Shown in pieces: positions 26,215 to 39,583 of a DNA stretch of 64,000 nucleotides; within the stretch, counting starts at the first letter, position 1, and each line of letters opens with the position of its first letter. The notes beneath the pieces are model-generated. The model saw only the letters and a program-made list of their open reading frames with translations, ran no database searches and had not been told where the DNA came from. Made by a program: the position numbers and the translations under genes. Source of the DNA: Camelus dromedarius (taxonomy: Eukaryota); contig NC_087436.1 in the NCBI RefSeq assembly GCF_036321535.1, forward strand, positions 44,146,001 through 44,210,000, read 5' to 3'.

Positions 26215-27460
26215 TCACCAAATGCTGGCCAGGATGTGGAGGAAGTGAAGCACCCATACACTACTGGTGGGAATGTAAAATGGTATAGCCACTTCGGAAA
26301 ACATTTTGGCAGTTTTCTTAAAAAACTAAACATCCAACTACAATATGACCCAGTGATTACACTTCTGGGCATTTATCCCAGAGAAATAAAAATTTCTGTT
26401 TATGCAAAAACCTGTGCGTGATGTTTATAGCAGCCTTATATGTGTAAACAGCCAAAAACTAGCGATAACCCAGATGTCCTTCAACAGGTGAGTAGTTAAA
26501 CATATTGCGGTACGTTAGTACCATGCTACTCAATCATAAAGAGAACAATCCACTGACATACGCAACAACCCAGATGAATCTTGAGAGAATTATGCTGGGT
26601 GAGAAAGCCAATCCCAAAAGGTTATGTACAGTATGATTCCAATTACAGGCACACCTTGTTTTATTGTGCTTCACAGGTATTGAGTTTTTGTGTGTGTGAG
26701 GTTTGTTTTGTTTTGTTTTGTTTTTTACAAATTGGAAGTTTGTGGCAGCTGCATTGAGCGAGACTATTAGTGCCATTTTCCCAACAGTATTTGCTCACTT
26801 TGGGTCCTTGTGTCACGTTCTGGTAATCCTCGCAATATTTCAAACTTTTTCATTATTATTGTATTTGTTATGGTGATCTGTGATCAGTGATCATTGGTGT
26901 TACTATGATGACTTGCTTTTTTTAAGGCTCAGATGATGGTTAGTATTTTTTAGCAATGAAGGATTTTTTAAAATTAAGATACTACTTTTTTTTTTTAGAC
27001 ATAGTGCTGTTGAACATTTATTGAACTACAGTATAGTGTAAACATAACTTTTACATGTACTGGGAAACCCCAAAATTCATATAACTTGCTTTATTGTGAT
27101 ACTTACTTTATTTCATAGTTTGGAGGTGAACCCCACAATATCTCTGAGGTATGTTTGTTCTTGAATGACAGAATTATAGAGGTGAATAGATTAGTAGTTG
27201 CACTCGTTTAGCATGGGGGAAGGGCAGAGGGGAAGTGGGTGTGGCTATACAAGGGCAACAGGAGAAATCCTTGTGATAATGGAAATGGCCTGCATCTTGA
27301 TTATGTGAATATCACTATCCTGGCTGTAATATTATACTAAACAGTCTTGCAAGATGTTACCATTAGGCAAAACATGTAAGTGGTATATGAGCTCTCTCTA
27401 TATTATTACTTACAACTGCTTGTGATCTACAGTTATCTCAGAATAAACGTTTACTTAAAA
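26215..27460 (+). mobile_element. L1MC-type LINE-1 3' fragment split by a Tigger1 insertion
   Basis: ORF 26236-26421 (GGNVKWYSHFGK..LQYDPVITLLGIYPRE) is L1 ORF2-like; L1MC 3' UTR resumes after 27158. Confidence 0.85.
26647..27158 (+). mobile_element. Internally deleted Tigger1 (Tigger1a_Art-like)
   Basis: Both Tigger1 ends present (TA-caggcacacct..ttttattgtgcttc and aatatctctgaggtatgtttgt) only about 510 bp apart. Confidence 0.8.
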
Positions 27461-29119
27461 ATATATAGTAGGGTTTCCCAAATATAACTCAGTGCTGAAT
27501 TGATGAATGCATACTCAGGATTGTATCCTAAACCTTTCCATTTAAATTAAGTCTATCAATTTATTAAAAAGTTGGATTATACCATACAGCATTCTGATTG
27601 TTAAAGAAATGCAATTTAATAACTTGTTAACGTTAAGAGTTTCTATTGTATCACTGTAATATTTACATTGTAAAAATGGTTTTATTACTATTTGTAAAGA
27701 GAAAAAGAAAAGAAAATTACTATTTCCTGATGTAAATCACTTAATTCACTAAGAAAAGTAGACCTTGGTAAAGTGATTTTATCTTGTGTGTGTGCATCAC
27801 CACAGCTTAATCTTAATAATTTTTTTTAACTTTTTCAGTAAATCCAGATGAAACAGAACTGTTCTCTAACTTTTTAGTCAAAGTTAGCAAAACAAACTTT
27901 TCATATGTTGAGGGGTATCTATTATCCTGCCTCCATAGTGGCATTAACATGCAGAAGACCCACACTGATCTTTTTTGATCAGAGTTACAGGAGGAATTGT
28001 TTTCTATACCTGCAGTTACTTAATATGTTGTGAGAGCCAGGGAGTTCAAACAAGCAGTGTGTCTACACCATATACAAACAGAACTGAAAAGTGAAATAGT
28101 CAACCAACTCCAAGTTAGCTGACCATGCTGTTCTGTGTATCTATGGGAACTGATGTTATTTTATCAAATAGTAGACTGGATATTTAAGTTATCACAAACT
28201 AAAGCACAATTCTCAGTGAGCTTTTAATCTCAGAATTAAAAAAGGATCAAAATATCTTCCTAGCAACTCAGAGACACTGTAGTGTTTACATGTTTAGTGG
28301 TGTCCTGCTTGGTTGAACACATCCTTCCAACCATGGAGCATTTGATGGGAGTTCTTATTACTACTACAGTACAAGGTCAGCTTGATTGCATTTGGGATAT
28401 TAGCTGATCTAAGACAAAGTTGTTTCAACACTATATTGGGATCTTAAAAATTAAAAAGAAATGTGTCCTATATGCAAACATTGAAGAGTCTAAGGTAAAA
28501 GAAGAAATGTCCAAAAATGGGTGGATTAGTTAGATAATCTGAATTTTAAAAAATCTTCTGCTAAATTTACCATTTATTTATAATGCTTCCTAACTGGCTC
28601 CACCCTTAGCTGATGGACAGACTTGATCTCTTTTAAAACACTTAATCTCTTCCTGACTTATTGGCGTAAACTCCTTGACAAGTGTTTTTGTTTGTTTGTT
28701 TTGACCCATGACTTTTGGAAAGGGTGCACTCCTGAGAGCAGTGTATATTCAGAGCTGTTTTCCTTTGTGATGTATTTCTTCACAAGTAGTAATCCTATGA
28801 TTCAGATTAGAAGAGAGAATATATATTCAGATATTTCTGTTCTATATGTCTATAGGATTTATGAGATTAAGTGAGTTAATATACACAAAGTGCTTGAAAT
28901 AGTGCCTGACATGTAGTAAGTGCTATATATCTTAGCCATTATTAATATTGTATTTGCTTTTATTACTGTTATTTGTTTGGCTCTATCCTTGGTGAATCTT
29001 TGGTGAATGAGTATTTTTAACTAATTTTCAAGCACATCACTGTAATATCAGATAGCTATTAAAATAATATTTGGAATTTTAATATAAGTTCTAATGCAGA
29101 AGGTAATTAAAAATACTTT

Positions 29120-31420
29120 TTAATTGTAAAACATAACACACCTATAGAATAGTACAGAAAATAAAAACATAGTTCAATGGTTTATTGCAAAATGAACATC
29201 CAGGTAACCCATTTAGGTCAAGAAGTTGTATATTGTCATTCCCCCGAAGACCCCTTCCACACTCCTTCCCAATCATTGCCCTCTCTATCCCTCCTAATGT
29301 TAATTAATATCCTAATAAAATAATTTCCTTTCTTTTCTTTATAGATGTACTCAAGCACATGTCCATAATCCCTGTAGTTTAGTCTATTTAAAAAACTTTA
29401 TGTAAGTTAAACTGACAAGTTCTTTTGTATCTGATTTTATGTCAATAGATTTGTTTGTAAGAATCATTCATGTTGTCTTAGTGAAGCTTACTCATTTTTA
29501 TTGTTGCATAGAATTCCATTGTGTGAATCTATCATGTTCTATCATTTTTCATTGATTGAAATTTGTGCTGTTTCCAGTTTTTTATATTATGAAAAATATT
29601 GCCATGAACATTCTTGAATATGTCTCTTGAGAACATGTACACACATTTATTGTTGGTTATATATGTAGGAGTGGAAATGGTAGGTCCGAAGGTAAACATA
29701 TCTTTAAATTTAAAAGATAGCTCTAAACTCTTTTCCATATTATTTCTACTACCATTACTCCTACCATCAGTGTTAGAATTCCCAATGTTCCACATACTTT
29801 CAAATACTGATATTATCAAATGTTTTCATTCTGGCCATTCTGGGGGGATGTTGTGGTGTCTCTTGGTAACTTTAATTTCCACTCCCTAATTACTTATGAT
29901 GTTGAGCCCTTTTCATATTTATGAACCATTTAGATATCCTCTTCAGTGAAGCACTTGTCTAAGTCTCTTACCCATATTACTATTACATTGACTTTTTCTT
30001 ATTAATTGTTGTGGATCTGAGTCTGTTGCTCATTATATTTATTATAGTTATCTTCCCCAGTTTGTGGCTTGCCTTTTCACCCTCTTCGTGGTGTATTTTG
30101 AAAAACAGAAGTTTTGAATTTAATGTCATCCAATTTATGAATCTTTTCTTTCATGATCTTTTATTAGATTAGATTTAATTTAGTCCAATTTATCACCCCT
30201 TTCTTCCACGGTTTTTCTGTTCTGTTTAAGAAGTCTTTCTCTACCCCAAGGTTATAAATATATTCCATAATATTATCTTTTAGAATCTAGTATAATTTGC
30301 CTATCATACTTTTGTACATGGTATGAAGTAAAGGTCAGTTTTAGCTTTTTTCTCTGCAAGGGCATTCAATTGTATCAGCACAAATTGTTGGAAAAAAAAT
30401 TATCCTTTTTAGCTCTTTTGCAGTGCCATCTTTGTTAAAAATCAACTCTCCACAAATGAGTGAATGTTCCCTGGCTCTGTGTTCTGTTCCATAATTCTGT
30501 TTACCCATCCTTATGCCAATACCACATTGTTTTAATTATGTAGTTTTATACAAATCTTGATATTAGGAAAATTTTGGCCTTCATTATCTTCATATACACT
30601 TAGGATAAGCTTTTCATATTCTGCAGAAAAAAATAAAGCAAAATAAAGCAAAAGCCTGCTAGGATTTTGATTGGAATTATATTTAATCTGTAAATGATTT
30701 AGGGTGTACTGATTAATTTCCAATGTAGGATTTTTTTTCCTAAAAATTTAAAACATTTATTTTACCTTAATTGGTCAGAAAACATACTGTAGATTTCAGT
30801 TCATTAAAATTTATTGAAATTTGCCTTATGTTTTAGAAGACGGTCAATTTTTATAAATGAGTTATGCATGCTTAAAAAGAATGCATATTCTGCCCTTGTT
30901 GAGGGCAATGTTCTCTGTCAATAAGTTCAAGCTTATTAATAATATTATTCAAATTTTCTAAGTTCTTACTGATATTTTGTCTGTTTATTCTAATACTTAC
31001 TAAAACATATATGTTGGGATCTTCCATTATGATTATAGATTTACCTAGTTCCTGTAGTACTATGAATTTTTGTTCTGTGTATTACGAGGCTATGTTGTAA
31101 TGCATGTGCAAATTTAGAAATATATTTTCATGTTGGGATAGACTTTTATCATTATGAAATGTGCTGTTTTATCTCTAGTAATGCCTTCAAATCTGCTGTT
31201 TTATATTACTATATTATACTATGTTATTTTTTGGTTGGAGTTGCATGGTCTCTTTTAGCATTCTTTTACTTTTAGCATTCTGTATCTTTTTGCTTTAGGC
31301 ATGTCTACAGTAGCATATAATATTAAAAAAAAATTCAATCTGATGATCTTTTTCTCTTAATTGAAATTAAATTTATTTTTCACTTAATGTAAATACTAAT
31401 TAATTTGAGTTTAAATTCAG
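29120..31420 (-). mobile_element. Old L1M (L1ME/L1MD-type) fragments
   Basis: Antisense L1 3' UTR, then ORF2-derived blocks (ttatgccaataccacattg, ggattttgattggaatt, ggtcaatttttataaatg). Confidence 0.75.
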
Positions 31421-31581
31421 ATATGTCATGCACATGAACACTAACCAGAAGAAAGCGAATACCCCTGGACTCCAATCCCTTCTAGCTTTACAAGACTGTT
31501 GGTAGCACTGTTCAGCTTCTTAGCCACTGAGTTGCCCCTTCTATTTGTTCTGCTTTTAGGATGTAGTGACTGGAGCAGGGC

Positions 31582-31723
31582 TTTTTTGGTTTTTTGGTTT
31601 TTTTTTTTAGGGGGGGGAATTAAATTTGTTTGTTTGTTTGTTTTTTATTTGAGGTACTGGGGATTGAACCCAGGACCTTGTGCACACTAAATGCATTCTC
31701 TATCACAGAGCTATACCCTCCCC
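31582..31723 (-). mobile_element. tRNA-derived SINE, camelid Vic-1-like
   Basis: Minus strand GGGGAGGGTATAGCTC (A box)..GGGTTCAATCCCCAGTACCTC (B box), then A-rich linker, C-run and A tail. Confidence 0.85.
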
Positions 31724-33269
31724 ACTGAGTTGCCCCTTATGGATTTGTCAGTTTCCTCAGAGAATAAGTTTTCAAATACTAGGCTCAACTCCTTGGTCCT
31801 CAATCTCCCCAAATCTTGTCCTGGTTATTTTTCACTATTTTTTTGCTTTCCAGTTCCTTGGAGAATTATTTTTTATATTTTGTTTAGTTTTTCTAGCCAA
31901 GCATTTGTCCAAATTACCTACCTTGTCATTACTGAATTCCTACAATCATGTTTTTAGAAGTCCTATAGAGAATGTGCTTAATTTAGTAAATAGAAACTAT
32001 CTGAATATCAAGAAGAAATGATATAAAATTGGAATTGTTTTTCAGAATTTCAGTAATAATAAATTGCAATCTTTTTGCCTTGATTGTTTTGCAGTCTTAG
32101 TGCTAGAATGGCACTACTCAAAGATGTAAGACAGTTTATACTAGGTCAGCAATACATTTTAAGGTTACAGTATGATGACAGATACAGAAATCAGTGTCAT
32201 AATATAATCTCGGCAGCCTAGGTAAAATCTGAAGTGCATTGTATTTATTCTTAGGATATAACCAACTAATCCCTTATAAATAAAATGTACACTGTGATGC
32301 CATATGTTTCACTGTGTGAATTATCACTAGTGGCTCTTTTGTAAAAAGCAATTCTTTAAGTTAAAGTCTGTCTGCCTTTCCTGATTATTCTTTTAAGATT
32401 TACTTTATGAAATTTTGCCATTTAATTTATATACATGTTTAAAGTTATTTGAGTAAAAGCCCAATAAATGTTTTGAATTGAATTCACCAATTATGTTTTC
32501 CCCTGGTGTTTAACAAAATTTAAATAGATTCCCCCTTCTAGGACATATCTTTATTAATATATAGCTTTAAATTAAATATTAACACAACTTAACTCCGAAC
32601 ACCAGTATTCAACTTATCCAAAATAAAATAATTGTTTGAAATATTTAGGATAACAAAAATATAGGTTGAGTGTAAATATTCTACATTTTCTTGAAATATC
32701 CAACAGTAATATTAGAGTTCTGATACTATTATGGGTTGCTTATCAAGAACCTCCAGAGTGGAAACCCTGCTGCAATATCCTGCTTTACCCATAATAAGTG
32801 CTTAGGCTATCAGTGTTACTTTAGTGGAAATAAGCTCTTTTTTCAGCACAGGCTTTGAAGTCAGACCAGTCTGGTATTTTGATCATCTGCCATTTGCCAG
32901 ATTTACTTTGGGTTTCTTAACATTTTTTAAAGTTTGTTTCCTTATTTATTAAAATGGAGAAATCTCTATATGAAGGGTTCCAGAAAAAGAAAACACTGAG
33001 CCACAATGACTTTCACAAATTTCAGAACATCAGTTTGAGACAACCTAGGGCCTCTGTGTTCTATTACAGGGTTTATATGTAGAGACTGTAACACAGTTTT
33101 GGGTTTACTCTGCATTTTACTTAGATTAAAGATTTATGCATATTAATATATGCTCTTTTTACTCTCTTCACAGAAATACTTTCCATTGCTTTATTACTAA
33201 TTAAATTTTGTGTGTGGGCAATATGATAGGGGGTTTTATCAGAAAATCTCGAGTGGCTCCTGGTCTAGA

Positions 33270-33487
33270 GCAGAGGTATGCAGACTGCATCTTGAGGGCC
33301 AAATCTGGCCACAGCCTGTATTTGTGAATAGAGTTACTGGAGCACAGCCCTTCTGTTTAAGTATTATCTCAGCTGCTTTTGTGCTATGATGGCAGAGTTG
33401 AGTAGCTGTGGCAGAGACTGTGGGTGACCTGCAGAGCTGAAATATTTATTATCTGACCCTTTACAGAAAAAGTTTTCCAAGCCTGGC
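33270..33487. mobile_element. MER58A-like hAT-Charlie MITE
   Basis: gggccaaatctggcc..ggcagagttgagtag..aaatatttattatctgaccctttacagaaaaagttt. Confidence 0.8.
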
Positions 33488-34264
33488 TTAGAGGATAAGA
33501 AATGAAGAAAGTCAGTCTAGGGCTGGCCCTATGCTCTTTGAGTGGGCCCCCTACTCTTCATTCCTTTCTGGGTCTGCCCTTGCTTCTTCCTCTCTAAGCG
33601 GAGTACTAAACAGGATTGAACTCTTCTGCCTTGGGCTTCTTCATTTCCTAGAAAAGAGAAGCTGATCAGTCACTGAATTAATGACTGAATTAATTTATGT
33701 GTGACTAACCCTTCTTGTAAGTAGTTTTGTTTTTTAAAAAAAGGAATTGAATGAACTTTATTCAATAACATGAGTCTTTTATTGCAAGTAGAACTTCAGA
33801 CATTTTGGCATCTGGGCGGGAACAACGTTTTAGGAGTCAACAAGGTCTTGGAATGCTCAGGTGGGCAAATGGTTATTGCACTTCAGTGGTCAGGTTTGTT
33901 TCTGTATCATTACGATCTTTTAAAAAAATACCTATTGTGTGTATCTCTATATTTGTAAGTATATAATTCCTATCTATCTGTTTATCTATCTATATCTTTA
34001 TTTATTTCAACCTATAGTCCTACTTATGCATTCCTTAATACTTTTACCCATGTATCTGAAAACTGGTTTACCTGGGTCTTTAAGACAGAAATTTAGCTTT
34101 GACTCAAATAACTATCCAATATAATGATCAATAATGTAGTTAAATGGTTATGATAATTTTACATTATGATCATCATCTTTATCATCAATGTTTATTCAGA
34201 TTCCAAATAAACAGCAATTTGTAAAAGAGATCTACATTGTTCTAAACAATGTAGGTATTTTTAG

Positions 34265-34530
34265 TTAACATGTTTAATACTTACTATGTGCCAGTACTTA
34301 CGGTTCCCAGTACTTAATGTGTATTTTTATTCATTTTAGCTCTTACAATAACTCTTGAGATGGATACTATTTTTAGCAGCCCTTTATTTTACAAATGAGG
34401 AAACTGAGATACAGAGAGGTTGGTAACTTAACTCAAGCCTACATGGCTGGTAAACAGAGTCAGAATTAAATCCTGGGAAGTCTGGCTCTGAAGTCCCTGC
34501 TGTCAGGCATTGTGCTATATTGCCTACAGA
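34265..34530 (-). mobile_element. MIR SINE
   Basis: ttactatgtgccag..attttacaaatgaggaaactgagatacagagaggtt. Confidence 0.8.
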
Positions 34531-35029
34531 CAGCTATGTTCAAGATTAATATTTGCTTACAAAAATTACACCAAAGTATTCCTTTGAGTAATTAATTCCT
34601 TCAAGGAACTTAAAGTTTAATTTACATAAATTACATAACTGTGTCAGAAAGAATTTATTTTATAAAGAATATTGCATTTATAAACTAAATACTGGCCTCC
34701 TTTACTTACCCAGGGTTTTTATTTTTTTTCAATTTTCATTCTTCTTGTATTTTTTGATTTACACATGCACTATCTTTTAATGAAATCCAGAAAAGGGAAC
34801 TAAACCAAAAGTCAATACACCTTTGCCAAGGTTAAAATGAATGGCTCTGGGGTGTTTTCTGTTGAATGACACTTAAGGATTTACTACTGCTCTCCTGGCT
34901 GCTTCCCTATCTCTCACCGAACCTCATAAGTTGGAAATCCACACAAGTACCCCAGAGTCGTATGTTGAGTCATATGCTGAGCTTTTCTCAGTATTGTCTT
35001 TCAGCTGAAAAGAATATTGAGTGTTGTGT

Positions 35030-35260
35030 AAGGAGGCAACATGGTGTAACGGAAAGAACGTTGGTTTGGCATATCAAATCCTGGGTTCAAAATCAGATTC
35101 CATCGATTGCTAGCTTTATAACTTATACTTGGGTAAGTCACTGAACATCAGAGTTTTAATCATCATCCTGGAAAATGGGGATAATAGTATCTATAGTGTA
35201 TGATTATTTCTGAGGATTAAGTGAGATAGTAAGTGAAAGTGTGTCTTAGACATTAATTAA
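35030..35260 (+). mobile_element. MIR SINE
   Basis: cctgggttcaaaatc..cttgggtaagtcact..aaaatggggataatagta..gaggattaagtgag. Confidence 0.75.
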
Positions 35261-36035
35261 ACTTTAGTTTGCATTTTATTCTCCTTTCAAGATCTTGACA
35301 AAGAGAGCACATATATATCAAATTGTATTTGTAAAATACAAACTATGTAATTCATCATTTTTCTTGCATTACTTCATTTAAATATGTATTTTACTTGGCA
35401 GTATGCCATACCTCTCAAAAAATGATAGCAATGAGAAGAATCTATCCACTTCAAGGATCAGTTTTGTTTAGAGTAATACTCAGCTTCTGTAATATCCAGT
35501 TGAAGCATGTTACAAATATTTTTTCCTTTGTTCCTCATCAGTAGTGAAAAACCAGTCACTGCCTCAAGACAGCTATGTGTAATGTTGTCTTTATTGCCTA
35601 TGAAACTTGTATGACATAACTGGAAGATATTTTAGATGTTGGCTAGTTTTTGTATCCAAAGAGATAAGGATTCTTTAGAGACTTGTAAGTGCTTAATTTT
35701 CATTATAACCTCATGATGTAATCAGATAAATATATTCCTTGTTGCAATTAAATTAATAAATTAGGGTGGCAAATCTATTTACAAGAAAACATTCTGAAGG
35801 ACGACTGTACTGCTTACTCTCTGTTGTGTTTGTTCATGGGTATTTGACTTGACAAGTAGCAGGAGGTTAAGTATGATTTCACTTTTACCTGTGGTTGTGA
35901 AGATATGAAAAGAAAATCAATCTCTAATTACCGCAGACTCAAAAGCTAGAGACCTGTCATAAAATATTCTGAAGTGATATTTTCTTTGAGACTGGTAATC
36001 CTCTGACATGCACCAATGAAGTGAAGTCATGGAGG

Positions 36036-36088
36036 AATATATATATTATATATATTTATATATATATTATATATATATATAATATATA
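36036..36088. repeat. Imperfect (TA)n microsatellite
   Basis: About 53 bp of A/T only, mostly alternating. Confidence 0.9.
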
Positions 36089-38040
36089 TGTGAGTGAAGA
36101 GAATTCCTTCTGTTGTTAATTCCTACAGAGATTGTCATAGGAAAAAAATATTGTCTGGTTTTTAGTGTAGCAGCACAGCTTTACTTAGGGAATATTTGTT
36201 GTTTGGCAGAAACAGGGCATTTGTGTCTAATAATTTTCCTCATAGCTTAATGTGCCAATTTCAAGGTGTTACAAAGCTAAACTGGCCATATATAGTTCCT
36301 TTCAGGGAGGGCTATGGTTGTGTCTACAGCTAAAATCTCTACAATTAACAGGTATATCCTACAGATGCTAAAACATTAACCTTGTGATCTTTTGCTGGGA
36401 ACTATGGTAATTTGTAATCATATCTTTTCTAGGAATTTGTTTGCATCCAAAAGTAGGGAAAGGGCTGTATGCTGTTGAACCCCAATCAGTCATTAAATTC
36501 CTTGTAATCAGGAGATGAAGAAGTCTGAAATGCCTCCTCTTAGAATTAGCCAAAATAATGAAAGTCTAATAGATAAAGTTTAAGGCTGTAATCTTTGCCT
36601 TTAAGGATGGCTTCACATAAAATGAGATCATCTTGGCTCATGTTAGACTTAGTAATTCAGTTTCCAGCCTTGTATATTCCTGGTGTACTCTCTATTTTTA
36701 TAGTATAAAAGATGTTTTTATGATGTGTATTGCTTTTGCAGGTATTCCTCCAAGCAATTCTTTGCCTTTCCATAAATTTAAAGGGACCATATAACAGTTT
36801 AACACATTTAATAAACAGACTTTATATGGAAATAATTTTATGATTTGTAGCAAGTTAAAGTTTATCTTAAAAAGTTCTGTTTTAGGTTTGCAAAGCAAAC
36901 GAATCATTAGGTGATTTAAGAGCCCACGGTAATGATAATTTAAATAAAAACTCTAATGTAAACCTTCTGCTCCAATATTCATTCACTTTTCCTTCATGCT
37001 AAGAGGGAAATCTGGACTATGTACTGGGGGCAGTGTTTAGTAAGACAAAATATCCCTTTATAAAATTATTTTGCTTACATCTGTAAAAGTGACAGCTTAA
37101 GAGGACACTCCTATAACTGACAAAAGAGCAGAGGAACGGCAGGTCAAATAGCTTTTAATAGGCCATGCCATCCTGAGTTTGCATTTGTAACTTACAGGTT
37201 CACATTTGTTTGGGTCCAAGTTTTTTGTAGAACTTCTTCTTAAGTTTATTTATATAATGTGTTCCTACCAGTGCCCTGGGTCATTTATTACACCTATTAA
37301 CTTCTCTCTCTGAAGAGATTCTGCCAGAATCCCTTAACAACTGTCTTTGAGTCTGTTTCTTCTCTCCTTAAATTTAAGATCAAGGATTTGCTGGCACCAT
37401 GGTTTTTGAGCCTGTTTTGTTGCTGGCTCAATTATATTTTTCTGTGGATAAATAGAGGTACATATAATTCGCCAGACTGGTCCATTTTGTGTGTTGAAAC
37501 ACCTTTAAAAAATATAAAACTCAAAATTCAAAAAAAAAGCTACATTCAGTGCTAGCTGGAGCAGCTTCTTAGTATTATATTTAGATACTTCACTGACTTC
37601 TAAGGAGAGTTTTTCCTTTTGTATATTTTATGTGTTGTTCATAGGTTGAGATGAGCATTTTTTTTACTATCATACTTTTGCTTTTCTTGAGAAAACATGG
37701 ACTGAGAAACCTTCACTCTAACCTGTCTTTGGCTGTGAGAACCTGTACTGTAATGATCAGAATTCCTGTTTGTTCAAATCTGTTTCTCTCCTAACGTAAT
37801 CTCAAAATTATTTAATTATACTGATTAGAATTTTCATTAAAATGTAGTTTAAAACAGAATAGGATTGTAAAATAGACAAATGGTAAAGGCAGTTTAAAAA
37901 TTACATCTACATGATGCCAAATTAACTGGTTGGAAAAAAGAAACACTCTTTAATATTAAGCAACAACTTAAAATTATTTCAGTAGATTTAATTAATGGTA
38001 TTTTAAGAAAATTATGTCAAGGCATTTAAAATGGTCAAGC

Positions 38041-39583
38041 CATTTTTTAAATTGGGTTGTTTGTTTTTTTGATGTTGAGTTGAATAAGCAGTTTATATAT
38101 TTTGAATATTAACCCTTTATCTGTCATATCATTTGCAATTATTTTCTCTTGTTGTCTTTTTGTTTTGTCCGTGGTTTCTTTTACTGAGCAAAAGCTTTTA
38201 AGTTTAAATTAGGTCTTGTTTTTTTTATTTTTGTTTTTCTTTCTTTGCTCTAGAAGACAGATCCAAAAAAAATATTGTTACAATTAATGTCAAAAGAGTG
38301 TTCTGCCTATGTTTTCTTCTAGGAGTTTTATGGTTTCCTGTCTTACATTTAGGTCTTTAACACATTTTGAGTTTATTTTTGTATATGATGTGAGAAAATG
38401 TTCTAATTTTATAATTTTATTCTTTTACACGTAGCTGTCCAGTCTTCCCAGCACCATTATGAAAAGACTATCTTTCTCCATTATGCATACTTGTCTCCTT
38501 TGTTTTATATTAATTGACCATAGCTGCATGGGTTTACTTCTGGGCTTTCTATTCTGTTTCTTTGATCTATGTGTCTGTTTTTGTGACAGTATCATAGTAT
38601 TTTGATTATTGTAGCTTCTAGTAAATGAACAGAAGACCTGAATAGATATTTTTCCAAAGAATGTATACAGATGACCAGCAGGCACTGAAAAGATGCTTAA
38701 CTTTGCTAATCATCAGAGAAATGCAAGTAAAAACCACAGTAAGATATCATCTCACACCTGTTAGAATGGCTGTCATCAAAAAGTATACAAATAAATTTTG
38801 GCAAGGATGTGGAGAAAAAAGAACCCTCATACACTGTTTGTGGAAATGCAAATTGGTGCAGCCACTATGGAAAACAGTATGGAGATTTCTCAAAAAACAA
38901 ACAAACAAAACAAAACTACCATATGATCCAGCAGTTCTATTTCTGGGTGTATATCTGAAGCAAATGAAAACACTAATTCAAAAAGATACACGTGCCCCAA
39001 TGCTCAAAGCAGCGTTATTTATAATAGCTAAGATATGGAAGCAACTTAAGTGTCCATCAACAGAAGAATGGATAAAGATGCAGTATGTGTGTATGTGTAT
39101 ATATATGCACAAACATATATATGCACATATATATATACACAATGGAATATTACTCATCCATAAAAAGAATGAAATTCTGCCATTTACAACAATGTGGATG
39201 GACCTAGAGAAAATTATGCTTAGTGCAATAAGTCAGAGAAAGACAAGTATTATATGTTAACACTTATATGTAGAATCTGAAAAGTAAAACAAAGGAATAA
39301 ATATAACAAAACAAACAGATTCATGGATACAGAGAACAGACTAGTGGTTACCAGTGGGGTGAGGGAAGGGGGCAGGGGCAAGATCAAGGTAGAAAATTAA
39401 GAGGTACAAACTACTATATATAAAATAAATAAGCTATAAGGATTATTTCATGACACAGGGAACATAGCCAGTATTTTATAACTTTAAATGGAGTATAATC
39501 TATAAAAATACTGAATTACTATGTTGTATACCTGAAACTAATATAATGTTGTAAATAAACTATATGTCAATAAAATAAATAAA
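38041..39583 (+). mobile_element. 5'-inverted LINE-1 (inverted arm 38041-~38622, sense arm ~38623-39583)
   Basis: Orientation switch near 38622; A-rich tail; degenerate TSD aaatggtcaagcca / aaatgtccaagcca. Confidence 0.92.
38661..39260 (+). pseudogene. L1 ORF2p C-terminal (cysteine-rich region) remnant, 199 aa
   Basis: [54 protein letters not shown] is the L1 ORF2 C-terminus. Confidence 0.9.

Noticed and set aside
27839..27978. Acceptor followed by about 45 open codons (NPDETELFSNFLVKV...)
   Set aside because: No convincing donor and no recognisable protein
31651..31723. tRNA gene
   Set aside because: A and B boxes are present, but it has a SINE linker, A tail and TSD and no intact cloverleaf
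38661..39260. Longest ORF (199 aa) as a host gene
   Set aside because: It is the C-terminus of L1 ORF2 inside a truncated, inverted element
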